Below, piece after piece: positions 17,738-28,498 of a stretch of 57,555 bases of DNA. The notes beneath the pieces are model-generated. The model saw nothing but the letters and a program-made list of their open reading frames with translations. It was not told the origin of the DNA and did not search any database. The stretch's first letter is position 1; each line of letters opens with the position of its first letter. The position numbers and the translations under genes are program-made. This DNA is from a virus. Its lineage: Duplodnaviria; Caudoviricetes. The stretch is taken from positions 1 through 57,555 of the IMG/VR virus record IMGVR_UViG_3300025723_001287, one strand, 5' to 3'.

Positions 17738-18699
17738 TGAACTTTAACTCTATTCCCTTACACAATATTGTTGCTTTTGGGCAACAGACTATGTTGGATC
17801 GTCCATTATTTAACATAAGTTGGATATTGGGCAGATTTTGTAATTACAAATGCTCATACTGTTGGCCCTATGCTCGTAGTGATCAGCCCGATCACCAAAC
17901 ATTAGAAGTATACAAGTCTACAGTAGATGAGATAAAACGTCAAGCTCGTTTGAATGGATTCACCCAATTTCACTGGAGTTTCAGTGGTGGCGAACCTACA
18001 GCATACAAACAGTTGCCCGATTTAATAAAACATCTAGATGAATTAGAAAGTCCGTATCAAAGTATACACATGACTACTAATTTAAGTCCTGGAACTAGTT
18101 GGTGGAAGAATTGGTGTAATATTACAGCACCCTTACAGCGAAGAAGTATCACAGCCAGTTTTCATGCCGAACATGCTAAAGAGCAAGAATTTGGGGACAA
18201 GTGCCTACAGCTAATAGACGACACAGTACATGTAACTATTAATCAAGTTATGGTGCCTGAGTTGTTTTTTGAAACCCTAGAGCGTTGTGAACGTTTTAGA
18301 TCTCGTGGGATTAATGTAACACTCAAACCACAAAGCAATGACTCTGCTACTGCTATTGTAGATGGGTATACTCCTGACATGATTAAAATTATGCAGAACG
18401 ATTTTGAACAACAAGAAGGACATCAGATTAGGTTAACTGACGGTGAGCATGATTACTTCATCGATCAAGCAGAAAGATTCAACGCACTGGGTTTTAACAG
18501 TTTTACCAATTGGAATTGTAATAGTGGGTATCAAAGTGTTATAATAAAAGGTACGGAAGTTAAACGTGCTTATAGTTGTCACGAAGAGCCGTTGGGCAAA
18601 ATAGAAAAATTTACTTTGTTTTCCAGTCCTAAAAAATGTGTGACTACTAGATGTGTCAGTAGTGCTGACAGTAAGATACCTAAAAGTCGAGATTACTAA
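17737..18699 (+). CDS. Radical SAM protein with C-terminal SPASM/twitch-like Cys
   Basis: CNYKCSYC, FSGGEPT, MTTN, WNCNSG...YSC...C...RCVS; start may be 17731. Confidence 0.85.
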   Translation: MNFNSIPLHNIVAFGQQTMLDRPLFNISWILGRFCNYKCSYCWPYARSDQPDHQTLEVYKSTVDEIKRQARLNGFTQFHWSFSGGEPTAYKQLPDLIKHLDELESPYQSIHMTTNLSPGTSWWKNWCNITAPLQRRSITASFHAEHAKEQEFGDKCLQLIDDTVHVTINQVMVPELFFETLERCERFRSRGINVTLKPQSNDSATAIVDGYTPDMIKIMQNDFEQQEGHQIRLTDGEHDYFIDQAERFNALGFNSFTNWNCNSGYQSVIIKGTEVKRAYSCHEEPLGKIEKFTLFSSPKKCVTTRCVSSADSKIPKSRDY

Positions 18700-19472
18700 T
18701 GTTTGATAGCATTTATCAAAAAATTAAAAAAAACAGTTTCCTTCCAACTGCTACGACTTTTTCTAAAAATTGGGCATCAACAGACGACGAAGCGACTTAT
18801 AAAAAAAATTTAGAAATCCAACCGGCTGATTGGCCTTACCGAACCAAATCGGTAACTTACACAGTTAATTCTGAAAATTACAGGACTAAGGAATTTAAGG
18901 ACATCGATTGGTCTAATTCTATAGTTATTTTTGGATGCTCGCATGTATTGGGAATAGGGTTAGATGATAAGGATATTATATCTAGTCAACTAGAAAACAT
19001 TCTTGATATTCCTGTAATCAACATGGGAGTTAGCGGGTCGTCGATGTTATTTAATTTTCACAATTTGTTAATCCTTAGGGACGGATATCCTGCTCCGTTA
19101 GCAGTAGTAATGATATGGCCTACTTATAATAGAATAGTCGAATATACTCAAAAGAAGTTAACACATCACGGTGCTTGGAATCTTGGAGAAAATATGTTAT
19201 TAGATGCATACAATCAAGATAACAACGCAAAGATTAATTCGGTATTTATAAGTAAAGCAAGTAGCATATTGTGGAACGGACGTAGTAAATTTTACCAATC
19301 GTCTTGGGATGAGGATACGAGTAGAATTCTCAATTGTGATAAATTACCTAAAATAGGTCAAGAGCTAGATAAATTTTATAGACCGGCAGACTATGCTAGA
19401 GACATGCGACATTTCGGTGCTGAAACTGCTCAAGCTACTGCAAAAATAATTGCCAAAAAATTAAAATTATGA
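18699..19472 (+). CDS. SGNH-like protein
   Basis: NSENYR, IFGCSH, INMGVSGSS, ARDMRHFG. Confidence 0.6.
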   Translation: MFDSIYQKIKKNSFLPTATTFSKNWASTDDEATYKKNLEIQPADWPYRTKSVTYTVNSENYRTKEFKDIDWSNSIVIFGCSHVLGIGLDDKDIISSQLENILDIPVINMGVSGSSMLFNFHNLLILRDGYPAPLAVVMIWPTYNRIVEYTQKKLTHHGAWNLGENMLLDAYNQDNNAKINSVFISKASSILWNGRSKFYQSSWDEDTSRILNCDKLPKIGQELDKFYRPADYARDMRHFGAETAQATAKIIAKKLKL

Positions 19473-20065
19473 ATATAGATACAGAACACTTACATCACTG
19501 GATGCAAGCTATACGTCAAAGTCCAGACCCTGCACGAACTATGGATGCCTTCTGGAGTGGCCAACTTAAAAGTAAAGAATGGCTAATCAGTAATTTAAAT
19601 AATCACGTACATCATGATCAAGTAAGTATTGAAATACACGGTGGTTGGGTTGGTGTACTAGCTAGTATGCTCTTTCAGAGTAATATACCTGTGAACAAAA
19701 TTTGTAGCATAGACATAGATCCTTCAGTGGAACCTATTGCTGTGCTTATGAACAAGAAAGAAGAAATAGAGGGCAGGTTCAAAGCAACAACTGTAGATAT
19801 GTGTAGTCTCATATCATTTGTAGATATTGTTATTAATACCAGTTGCGAACATATTTCTCAGCTACAGTACGAGCAATGGCTACGCAATAGAAATAACGAT
19901 CAACTATTGGTGTTACAGAGCAACAATTATAAAATAGAAGAACATGTAAGAACAGCCGATAGCTTGGAAGAATTCGAAGAACAAAGCCATATAGATGTTG
20001 TATGGGCGGGAGAACTAGAATTACCTCTATACACACGTTATATGCTTATTGGAAACAAATTATGA
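19469..20065 (+). CDS. Class I SAM-dependent methyltransferase-like protein
   Basis: IHGGWVGVL, SIDIDP, INTSCEH. Confidence 0.65.
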   Translation: MNIDTEHLHHWMQAIRQSPDPARTMDAFWSGQLKSKEWLISNLNNHVHHDQVSIEIHGGWVGVLASMLFQSNIPVNKICSIDIDPSVEPIAVLMNKKEEIEGRFKATTVDMCSLISFVDIVINTSCEHISQLQYEQWLRNRNNDQLLVLQSNNYKIEEHVRTADSLEEFEEQSHIDVVWAGELELPLYTRYMLIGNKL

Positions 20066-21021
20066 CAGATTTATCTAAATGGATTGATTTTACAAAATTA
20101 TCGTCGTCTGATGCTAAATTTTTACGTGCAGTTCCAGACTTAATTGCTATTGAAGAATGGTCTGGTTTAATGCCTTGGCAATCTATTGAAACACCTATTC
20201 AAAAAATATGGAAACAGTCTTCACTAGTCGAATTGCAAGAAATGTTTGCTTCTGAGATGAAACATCAATATGGTTATAAAATTCCCGGCAGGTACGAAGT
20301 GCGGTCGGAACATGAAAGGACAGAATCGTTAACCGCAATTAAAAATAAACAAACTTCGTATCAAATGGCCGATATCGATTACGACATAAACAAATATGGG
20401 TTTCGTGGCGATTTTGATTTAGAAACTAAAAATAATTCTATTGCTTTTTTTGGATGCAGTGTTACATTCGGAGTTGGAGTGGCCGAAAAAGATTCCTTTC
20501 CAGTATTAATAGGAAAAGGCTTAAACATGCAACCGTTTAATTTTGGAGTACCGGGAGGTAGTTTTGCCAAGGCAGTACGGTATTTTAGATTGATATCTAA
20601 TTTTAAAAAATTTGAGTATGCTATATTTCTGTTACCCGAGATATCAAGATTGGAGATACCAACTGAGGATGGCATTACAAATATAGCACCTAACTTAAAA
20701 AAAGATGAAGACTATATACGAAAAGTGTATAGTGTGTTGCCTGATGAGTTTTTAGAGTATGATGTTCTAAAAAATATCTTGTACTGTATTAGTATCGCAA
20801 ATCAAACTAATACTAAAATTTATTTTTCAAGTTGGTCTCCTTCAACCTATAATTTGTTGTATAATTTTTTAGGAGAAGATTCTAATATGCTAATTCCTTA
20901 TTTTGAAAACTTAGGAGGCAAACACGAAAATACTTCCGAGTTTGGTAGGGATGGGAAACATCCCGGAGCATCCAGCCATTACCAATTTTATAAAAAAGCA
21001 ATGGAATATATCAATGTTTAA
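20062..21021 (+). CDS. SGNH-like protein
   Basis: NKYGFR, FFGCSVTFG, NFGVPGGS, RDGKHPG; start at ATGA overlap 20062. Confidence 0.6.
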   Translation: MTDLSKWIDFTKLSSSDAKFLRAVPDLIAIEEWSGLMPWQSIETPIQKIWKQSSLVELQEMFASEMKHQYGYKIPGRYEVRSEHERTESLTAIKNKQTSYQMADIDYDINKYGFRGDFDLETKNNSIAFFGCSVTFGVGVAEKDSFPVLIGKGLNMQPFNFGVPGGSFAKAVRYFRLISNFKKFEYAIFLLPEISRLEIPTEDGITNIAPNLKKDEDYIRKVYSVLPDEFLEYDVLKNILYCISIANQTNTKIYFSSWSPSTYNLLYNFLGEDSNMLIPYFENLGGKHENTSEFGRDGKHPGASSHYQFYKKAMEYINV

Positions 21022-22090
21022 GTTTGATGAGCTAAGACAAATCCATTTAGAGATTACAAACAACTGCCAAGCTCGTTGTCCTATGTGCAGTCGCAATAAT
21101 CACGGCGGTATAGAAAATCCATTAATAAAAATAAAAAACTGGACCCTAGAACAGTTTCAAAATACTATCAACCAAGAAGTATTGGATCAAGTTGAGGCCC
21201 TATACTTCTGCGGTAACTTCGGTGATCCGTTGCTGAACAATAATTTAATTGGTATGGTTGATTATACAGTTAATCACAAACCTGATATAGAAATTAGAAT
21301 ACACACTAACGGCAGTCTTAGAAATGTAAGCTGGTGGGAACAACTTGCTCGAGTATTGCCTAAAAATCATGTAGTAGTATTTGCCATTGACGGTCTAAGT
21401 GACACACATCATTTATATCGTATAGGTACAGATTATAATCAAATACTTCGTAATGCAACAGCTTTTGTACAAGCAGGCGGAATTGCTGAATGGGCATTTA
21501 TTAGATTCAAACATAATGCACATCAAGTAGAAACTGCTAAGAAGATTGCGGCAGAATCTGGATTTCAAAGATTTGTAATGAAAGACAGCAGTAGATTTGT
21601 AACAGACAATAAATTTCCTGTACTAAGTTATCAAGGAGTCGTAAGCCATTTTCTTGAACCGGCAACAGAAAGTAAAATTGTATTCATAGATAAAACCGTA
21701 TTGGATAATTATAAAACAATCGTAGAATCTAGTTCAATCGATTGCTATGCACAGAATAATAAAGAAATCTATATCGATGCTTACGGACATTTGTTTCCTT
21801 GTTGCTGGCTAGCAAGTACACCATATAATTATACTGAACCAGGATCAACTATTGCGGGTATTAGACAAGTCATATCTGAACAGTATAATTCTATGATTGA
21901 GGACTTTGGAGGTATTAATAAAATTGATACAAAACAACATAGTATTAAAGATATTATAGACTCTACTGCTTATCAAACAGTCTGGGACAAATACTGGTCC
22001 AATCCTAAAATGATTACCTGTGCAAGGGCTTGCGGTACTAACACACTGAGTAAACCTAAAGATCAATTTGCACACAGAGAAAACTTATGA
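21014..22090 (+). CDS. Radical SAM/SPASM protein
   Basis: CQARCPMC, CGNFGDP, HTNGS, FAIDG; C...IYIDAYGHLFPCC...CARAC. Confidence 0.88.
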   Translation: MFKFDELRQIHLEITNNCQARCPMCSRNNHGGIENPLIKIKNWTLEQFQNTINQEVLDQVEALYFCGNFGDPLLNNNLIGMVDYTVNHKPDIEIRIHTNGSLRNVSWWEQLARVLPKNHVVVFAIDGLSDTHHLYRIGTDYNQILRNATAFVQAGGIAEWAFIRFKHNAHQVETAKKIAAESGFQRFVMKDSSRFVTDNKFPVLSYQGVVSHFLEPATESKIVFIDKTVLDNYKTIVESSSIDCYAQNNKEIYIDAYGHLFPCCWLASTPYNYTEPGSTIAGIRQVISEQYNSMIEDFGGINKIDTKQHSIKDIIDSTAYQTVWDKYWSNPKMITCARACGTNTLSKPKDQFAHRENL

Positions 22091-23181
22091 TTAAAACATC
22101 TGCCATTAGGTCATCTAGCGATTCATTTGTAGTCCTGTGGGACACTGGAAGAAGATGCAATTACGACTGTTCGTATTGTGAAGCAACTAGGCATAACAAT
22201 TACAGCCAACACAAGAGTTTAGACGAATTTAAAAATACTTTTAATTTTATAGAATCTTGGTTAGGGTTGTATAATACAAAACGCAAAAAATCGGTAGGCA
22301 CTAGTATTAGTTTTTCAGGCGGTGAGCCTACAGTTAATCCACATTTTTGGGAACTAGTTGAACATATCAAAAAACAACCTACGCATTATCATCTAGGATT
22401 GACTACTAACGGAGCTTGGGGTAAAGAATATTCAAAACGGGTTGCTGAAAATTTTGGATCTGTGACCATCAGCTATCATGCTGAGGCAGAACAAAATTTA
22501 AAAGATCGTGCAATTAAGAATATATTAGCATTAAAAGATTCTTCAGTTAATTTAAAAGTTAATGTTATGTTGCACGTTGATCATTGGGACGAGACTGTTG
22601 CGGTATACAATCAGTTAACCGAGCAGGGAATTAATTGTAGCCCTCGCCCGATCGGTGACGGCAATATTGTTCGCAAGGGTTGGTTTATTGATTCCGATGG
22701 TACTAACAGAAGAACTAGCCACGAATACAGTTTAGAACAGCAAACTTGGTTTTGGAATCAAATGGGCATTAAAGAAGTTCCTAAAACAGTATCAGAAGGC
22801 AACCAATTAGGAAGAACATGTTGCGGTGGTAGGTGTGTAGAAGGAAAAGTCGAAGGAGAATGGCAACCTGTTAAACTTGTTGATACTCGTTTTGAAGATT
22901 GGAATTGTATGGTAGATTGGTATTTTCTATATATTGATCAGGAAACAGGAGAAGTCTACCATCATCAGACATGTAAAGCATTGTACGATAAAAAAACAGG
23001 ATCATTGGGAAACTTGTCTAACTCTCAGAAAATGCTAGACGAATTGAAAGACAGACTATCTCAACCTGTGATCAAATCTATTATATGCCCTAATAGCAGA
23101 TGCGGGTGCGGAATGTGTGTGCCTAAAGCCTCCAGCCTAGAAGACTTTAAAATCATAAAAGAATCTATCATAAATGTCTAA
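22087..23181 (+). CDS. Radical SAM protein, Cys-rich C-terminus
   Basis: CNYDCSYC, SGGEPT, TTNG, CCGGRC, CPNSRCGCGMC. Confidence 0.88.
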   Translation: MIKTSAIRSSSDSFVVLWDTGRRCNYDCSYCEATRHNNYSQHKSLDEFKNTFNFIESWLGLYNTKRKKSVGTSISFSGGEPTVNPHFWELVEHIKKQPTHYHLGLTTNGAWGKEYSKRVAENFGSVTISYHAEAEQNLKDRAIKNILALKDSSVNLKVNVMLHVDHWDETVAVYNQLTEQGINCSPRPIGDGNIVRKGWFIDSDGTNRRTSHEYSLEQQTWFWNQMGIKEVPKTVSEGNQLGRTCCGGRCVEGKVEGEWQPVKLVDTRFEDWNCMVDWYFLYIDQETGEVYHHQTCKALYDKKTGSLGNLSNSQKMLDELKDRLSQPVIKSIICPNSRCGCGMCVPKASSLEDFKIIKESIINV

Positions 23182-24475
23182 TACATTCTGCCCCTTACCA
23201 TGGATACATCTTGCTACACGCCCTAATGGCGATGTAAGAGTGTGTTGTACAGCTAATGCAAGTGGTGCAGGTGATGACGACATTAAGGACGCTGGTCTTG
23301 TAAAAAAAGACGGGCAGATAATGAATCTTCAAAACCACACCATAGCAGAAGTTTGGAACAGCAATTATATGAAAACAGTAAGACTTCAGATGCTTGCTGG
23401 AGAAGCACCTGCTAGTTGTACTAAATGCTATGCTGAAGAACAAAGTGGTATAGCTAGCAAACGCCAATGGGAAACTGTTGTTTGGAGGGAAAGAATAGAT
23501 GTTGATTCTATTGTTAATAAAACTAAATCTGATGGTAGTCTACCTGTTGATATTCCTTACTTTGATTTACGATTAGGAAACATGTGTCAACTCAAATGCA
23601 TCATGTGTAGTCCACATGACAGTAGTAGTTGGATCAAGGAATGGAAATTACAATACCCTAAATACAAAACTATTGAGTTAAAACAAGATCAACGCTGGGA
23701 TAGCGACTTTGATTATACATGGTACCAGAAAAGCAGTTTCTTAGAAGATATGCGTTCAAACGCATCTAATATCCGCGAGCTTTATTTTGCTGGTGGTGAA
23801 CCATTGCTAATACCTGAACACTATAAGATATTAGAGTTTATGGTAGAAACCGGAGCCGCCAAATTGTGTGTGTTGCGCTATAATTCTAACGGACTAGAAT
23901 TGCCTGAACGGTTGTTTGAATTGTGGTCATACTTTAAAGAAGTTAAGTTTAACTTTAGCGTTGATGCTATAGGAAGCCGCAACGACTATATTAGGTATCC
24001 TAGCAAGTGGGGTCAGGTCACTGCTAACTTAGATCGATTAGATGATACTCCTAATAATATTACAGTAAATATAGCATGTGCTGTTCAATTATTGAATGTA
24101 CAATCAATTCCAGATCTAGTACATTGGAAGGAAAGTAAAAATTTTAAAAAGATTAACTTACCGCCTTATGGCGCAGGACTAATCGGAACCCATCTAGTGT
24201 ATCTACCAAGTTATTTAAATGTAAGAGTGTTACCAAAACATTTAAAGAATAAAGTAGAAAAGCAAGTTGAATATTTTTGTTCTCGAAGACATGATGGAGA
24301 GTTTAATACAAATCCATATGGCCTACGCCGCTGGAAGGGGTTAGTAGAATATATGAAATCAGAAGATTGGTCACATAAGTTACCAACACTACAGGACTAT
24401 TTGTTAACATGCGACGAACAACGAGGTACAAGTTTTGTAAACGTATTTCCAGAATTAGAAAATCTATTTAAATGA
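23174..24475 (+). CDS. Radical SAM protein with N-terminal twitch domain
   Basis: FCPLPW...VCC...CTKCY; CQLKCIMC; AGGEP. Confidence 0.88.
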   Translation: MSNTFCPLPWIHLATRPNGDVRVCCTANASGAGDDDIKDAGLVKKDGQIMNLQNHTIAEVWNSNYMKTVRLQMLAGEAPASCTKCYAEEQSGIASKRQWETVVWRERIDVDSIVNKTKSDGSLPVDIPYFDLRLGNMCQLKCIMCSPHDSSSWIKEWKLQYPKYKTIELKQDQRWDSDFDYTWYQKSSFLEDMRSNASNIRELYFAGGEPLLIPEHYKILEFMVETGAAKLCVLRYNSNGLELPERLFELWSYFKEVKFNFSVDAIGSRNDYIRYPSKWGQVTANLDRLDDTPNNITVNIACAVQLLNVQSIPDLVHWKESKNFKKINLPPYGAGLIGTHLVYLPSYLNVRVLPKHLKNKVEKQVEYFCSRRHDGEFNTNPYGLRRWKGLVEYMKSEDWSHKLPTLQDYLLTCDEQRGTSFVNVFPELENLFK

Positions 24476-25452
24476 AAAAAATAATTAAAATTGAAACCAC
24501 GCACTCTAAACTAGTTAAGATATATTACGACTTGAGTAATGTATGTAATTACAAGTGCTGGTATTGTTTTCCAGGAGCAAATGATGGTTCGCAACCTTGG
24601 CCTGATGCTGAAAAAGTTAAACGTGGACTAGAAGCGTTAATTAACCATTATAATAATAGTAATCTAGTTAACGATGTAGAAATAATATTTCTTGGAGGCG
24701 AACCTACCCTGTGGCGAGACTTATCTGATGTAATCACATATCTAAAAAGTCGTTGTAAGGTTAGACTTAATATAACAACTAATGGTTCTAGAACTCTACG
24801 CTGGTGGAACGAATACGGACAGTATTTTGATAGCATCAATATCAGTGTACATCATGAACGTGCCGATATTGCTCACATAATAGAAGTAGGTAAGATACTA
24901 CATAAAAAGAAAGTAATCTTTAATACCAACGTAATTATGGATCATACTAACTGGGACAAATGTATGTCTATCTATAATAAGATAATGACATCTACTCCTA
25001 AATGGCCTGTGCTAGTAAAACCTTTACACATGGATGGTGTGTTTGATTATGATGAAGAACAAACTAAATTCTTAAAAACGCAATTGAAGAGATGGCCATC
25101 TTTAAATAGACTATGGCTGTATATAACAGGAATACCTAGAAAAAAATACAAGGCGTTCTTTAGCGATGGGTCTACTATAACTACTGAAAACCCTAACTTC
25201 TTTGGATTAAATTTATATAATCGATTTAAAGGTTGGGAATGTAATGTAGGTGTTAATATATTGTTTATTAGAAATACTGGAGAAATACATAGTTCGTGTA
25301 ATCAACGATTATGGAATACCGATCCTTATAATATATATGATGATGATTTCCCAGAAAATTTTAAACCTGTTGTTGCACCAGTAATCTGCGATATGCCTGT
25401 ATGTGGTAGTTGTACAGGCAATACGGCAGTAGCTAAGAGGATGATATCTTAG
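24472..25452 (+). CDS. Radical SAM protein
   Basis: CNYKCWYC, LGGEPT, TTNGSR, FKGWECNVG...SSC...C...C..C. Confidence 0.88.
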   Translation: MKKIIKIETTHSKLVKIYYDLSNVCNYKCWYCFPGANDGSQPWPDAEKVKRGLEALINHYNNSNLVNDVEIIFLGGEPTLWRDLSDVITYLKSRCKVRLNITTNGSRTLRWWNEYGQYFDSINISVHHERADIAHIIEVGKILHKKKVIFNTNVIMDHTNWDKCMSIYNKIMTSTPKWPVLVKPLHMDGVFDYDEEQTKFLKTQLKRWPSLNRLWLYITGIPRKKYKAFFSDGSTITTENPNFFGLNLYNRFKGWECNVGVNILFIRNTGEIHSSCNQRLWNTDPYNIYDDDFPENFKPVVAPVICDMPVCGSCTGNTAVAKRMIS

Positions 25453-26323
25453 TAAGAGGAATGTCTGCCGCGCAGGTACAGAAATTACGGTCACAAGTTA
25501 CGGGTTCGCTAGGGACAACGAAGTTACCTTCATATATGTTGCCAAGACTACCACCGACTCTACAAGTCGCTCTGTGTACATCTCCGTCCCAATTAATCAT
25601 TAGGCTTTCTATACCTGCGTTGCAAGTCCAACCTTTATACTTGTTAAGATGCAATTTGATAATGTCATTGGCATGCATTTTCTTGTCATTATCAATAACA
25701 CAGTTTGCTTCTACAGTAGCTTCATATTCTTTAATCCATTGCAAGTCTTCATGATTATATCGCATGTCATCGAATATATCATGATCACCTTCTGTCCAGC
25801 GTACACGTCGAACAGCATGTGGAATAGAACTAGCCGCTAGCGCACCTGCAATATAACGAACTCGTTTCATATGGTCTTGATGTGCCATTACATGAACTAA
25901 TACTTTGCCAGAAAAATATTCATTAACATTTACAATAGTATTAAGTACACGCCTTACATCATATTCCATGTGTACACTAAACACAATTTGATCTGCACGT
26001 AGATTAGCATACCATTCGTCTTTACGTGTACCGTTAGTTGTAATACTAACCCAACTGACTCCTTGATTTTTACAGTAATTAACCAGCTCTTCAAACTTAG
26101 GATGCACAGTAGGTTCCCCACCTGTAAAACTTATACGAATAGGTTTACCTATTTTTAATAATTGATCAACGGCTGATTTAAGTATCTCTATATCAGTATG
26201 CTCACTAGTATTGTCATGTATACTGGCCGGACAATAACTACAATCGTAATTACAACGTTTTCCAAGGTTCCATTCTATCTTAACACTATTCTGATGAGGC
26301 CATCGACTGTTAATTTTAATCAT
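25433..26323 (-). CDS. Radical SAM protein with SPASM-like C-terminus
   Basis: CNYDCSYC, TGGEPT, YKGWTCNAG...ATC...CDRNFCTC. Confidence 0.88.
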   Translation of the reverse strand: MIKINSRWPHQNSVKIEWNLGKRCNYDCSYCPASIHDNTSEHTDIEILKSAVDQLLKIGKPIRISFTGGEPTVHPKFEELVNYCKNQGVSWVSITTNGTRKDEWYANLRADQIVFSVHMEYDVRRVLNTIVNVNEYFSGKVLVHVMAHQDHMKRVRYIAGALAASSIPHAVRRVRWTEGDHDIFDDMRYNHEDLQWIKEYEATVEANCVIDNDKKMHANDIIKLHLNKYKGWTCNAGIESLMINWDGDVHRATCRVGGSLGNIYEGNFVVPSEPVTCDRNFCTCAADIPLTKISSS

Positions 26324-27243
26324 AATGTATCCAACTTAGCATGGCTGACTAGAGTGTCATAATATATGTCGCTATTGAAGAATTTAATTTCTTTAATCTT
26401 AGCATCATACCCTAACACATCTCTACCCCATTTTAATTTACAAGCATGATTAGGAACATACCAATCACTAATTATTGGATGAAAATCTAAAAATGTATCG
26501 GTTACAATAACTTCTCCAAGTATGTAATGCCCTAACGCTAGATTATTTAGGTTATCTAATGGCACATTGTATTTTGAACTTTTGGCCCAGGAATAAAATT
26601 GTTTCTCGACTGCCTTAAGGTATGGAAATCCTGCATTAAAAAACATAAGCGTTTCTGAGGTAATATTCTTTTGTATATTTAGATCATCCAGGTTATCGTT
26701 AGTTCTAGCAATTTCATCCCAAGGTTTGCCCAATGTAGCAAACCCTAACAATAAATCTCCCCACTTATGATCTGTAGTTAGCCAAAGTTTGTATTCTTCT
26801 TTAATAGGAATTCTAACATCTGTTGATTTGTAAAATTTTACAGTAGTATCAAACTCTGTTAAATCGTTATTGTTTTTAGATTCGAGCGCATGTATAAGCA
26901 AATTGATTTGAAACTCATCTTCTGTTGCGCCTTCTTTTGCATGATCGACAAATTTACTATGCAACTGATTTAATTTTTCTTGTGATACTGGTAATTCTAT
27001 AATAGGCTGATTTGTTTTTTCAAATAGATGATTTAACTTTTTTAAAAGTAATTCAACATTTTGCCCGTTAGTAATCCCCATTTTAAAAGAATCGGCGTCG
27101 TTATATATGTCTTGCCATATGTGTTGTACAGGATTATCATTTAGATGGTAATGCACAGACAATGTTTTTTGATTTGTTTCGACTACAATCTCAGCTGTGT
27201 TACATCCAACTGAATTATAAAATATCTTTTTAAAATCCTGCAT
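26320..27243 (-). CDS. Hypothetical protein
   Basis: LNQLH, INLLIHALE, LGFATLGK; start 27243 likely. Confidence 0.65.
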   Translation of the reverse strand: MQDFKKIFYNSVGCNTAEIVVETNQKTLSVHYHLNDNPVQHIWQDIYNDADSFKMGITNGQNVELLLKKLNHLFEKTNQPIIELPVSQEKLNQLHSKFVDHAKEGATEDEFQINLLIHALESKNNNDLTEFDTTVKFYKSTDVRIPIKEEYKLWLTTDHKWGDLLLGFATLGKPWDEIARTNDNLDDLNIQKNITSETLMFFNAGFPYLKAVEKQFYSWAKSSKYNVPLDNLNNLALGHYILGEVIVTDTFLDFHPIISDWYVPNHACKLKWGRDVLGYDAKIKEIKFFNSDIYYDTLVSHAKLDTL

Positions 27244-28498
27244 AGTCAATAAATTCCGTAGTAACATCAAAAAAACTTTGGTTTCGCGTTTCGTCTAATC
27301 TGCGATTAAATTCTATACAATCTTGCCACTTACTACTTTGATCCTGTGCCCACATATAATTAATAACACCGTCTATTTGTTTTAGTGTAAGATCTAACAA
27401 CATAGGATGTTGCTTTACTAAAGCATAATCTTCTATATACATTTTAGCAAAGTTCAAATTAATAGTAGCTTGTTCTTTAAGATGTTCTGGTAATACTTGA
27501 GATGACAATACGTTGGGATAGTTTACCATATTTGTGTAAAATACAATGCCCAACTCATCTAAAAAGTATTTGATCATCTTATCTAAGATCATTATATTGC
27601 TAACTTGCACAGCAACAGCGCCTACGATACGACTCACATTAGGAATTTTTTGTATTTCTTTTATATTAGATATCAACTCATTCCAGTTAGCATTACCTCG
27701 TATGTACTCATAACTTTCACCCAACCCATCTATACTAACATTAACTGCTACACTTTTAAATGCAGGCCAATAGTCGAATATGTTACGTTTGCCTTTACCT
27801 AAACTAGTCAAATTAGTAGCGTATTTGATTTCAATTTGATGAGCATACGGTTGTAACATTTCTAGTATACGATAATGTGTTGGGTCTGTTAGTGGCTCAC
27901 CACCAGCAAACTCTACACGGCGGAAGTAGGGTAAGAGCTTTTCTAAACTAGCCCACCATTCTGGATTATCTGTAAATTTGTCCAAATATGGACTTTCCAT
28001 TAATTTAAGATCTTGTATCGTTTTAACAAGGTAGTTATCTTCTTGTTTGTAATACTTTTCTACTACTGCCCAGTCATTCCAACTAGTACTATCTGTAGGG
28101 TTACACATTCGGCACTTGAGGTTACACAAATTGTTTAATTTTAGTTCCATAGTAGGAAATTCAAATGGCATTGTGTAATCGTCTTTTAAAGCGTCTAACG
28201 CATTAGGATATAAGTTGATACGTGCTTCGGGTATTACACCGCTTATATGACGTTCTCGCAAGGATTCGACGCCCTGATCTTCTAGGTTAAAGCACGGAGC
28301 ACATTCGGGCGGGCGTATGTTAGTAAGCACTGACTTACGTATGCGTTTCATATCATCGTTATTCCAAATTTCTTCCAAGGAATTCTGTTGTATAAAACCA
28401 ACAGGGTGGCTACGACAACACACTTTAATTGCCCCGTCTTCTCTAGTAGCGAGCCCTGTGAATGGGTGCATACAAAATGTAGTTGATTTATGTTGCAT
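27230..28498 (-). CDS. Radical SAM protein with N-terminal twitch domain
   Basis: FCMHPF...VCC...CAPC; CNLKCRMC; AGGEP. Confidence 0.88.
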   Translation of the reverse strand: MQHKSTTFCMHPFTGLATREDGAIKVCCRSHPVGFIQQNSLEEIWNNDDMKRIRKSVLTNIRPPECAPCFNLEDQGVESLRERHISGVIPEARINLYPNALDALKDDYTMPFEFPTMELKLNNLCNLKCRMCNPTDSTSWNDWAVVEKYYKQEDNYLVKTIQDLKLMESPYLDKFTDNPEWWASLEKLLPYFRRVEFAGGEPLTDPTHYRILEMLQPYAHQIEIKYATNLTSLGKGKRNIFDYWPAFKSVAVNVSIDGLGESYEYIRGNANWNELISNIKEIQKIPNVSRIVGAVAVQVSNIMILDKMIKYFLDELGIVFYTNMVNYPNVLSSQVLPEHLKEQATINLNFAKMYIEDYALVKQHPMLLDLTLKQIDGVINYMWAQDQSSKWQDCIEFNRRLDETRNQSFFDVTTEFIDYAGF

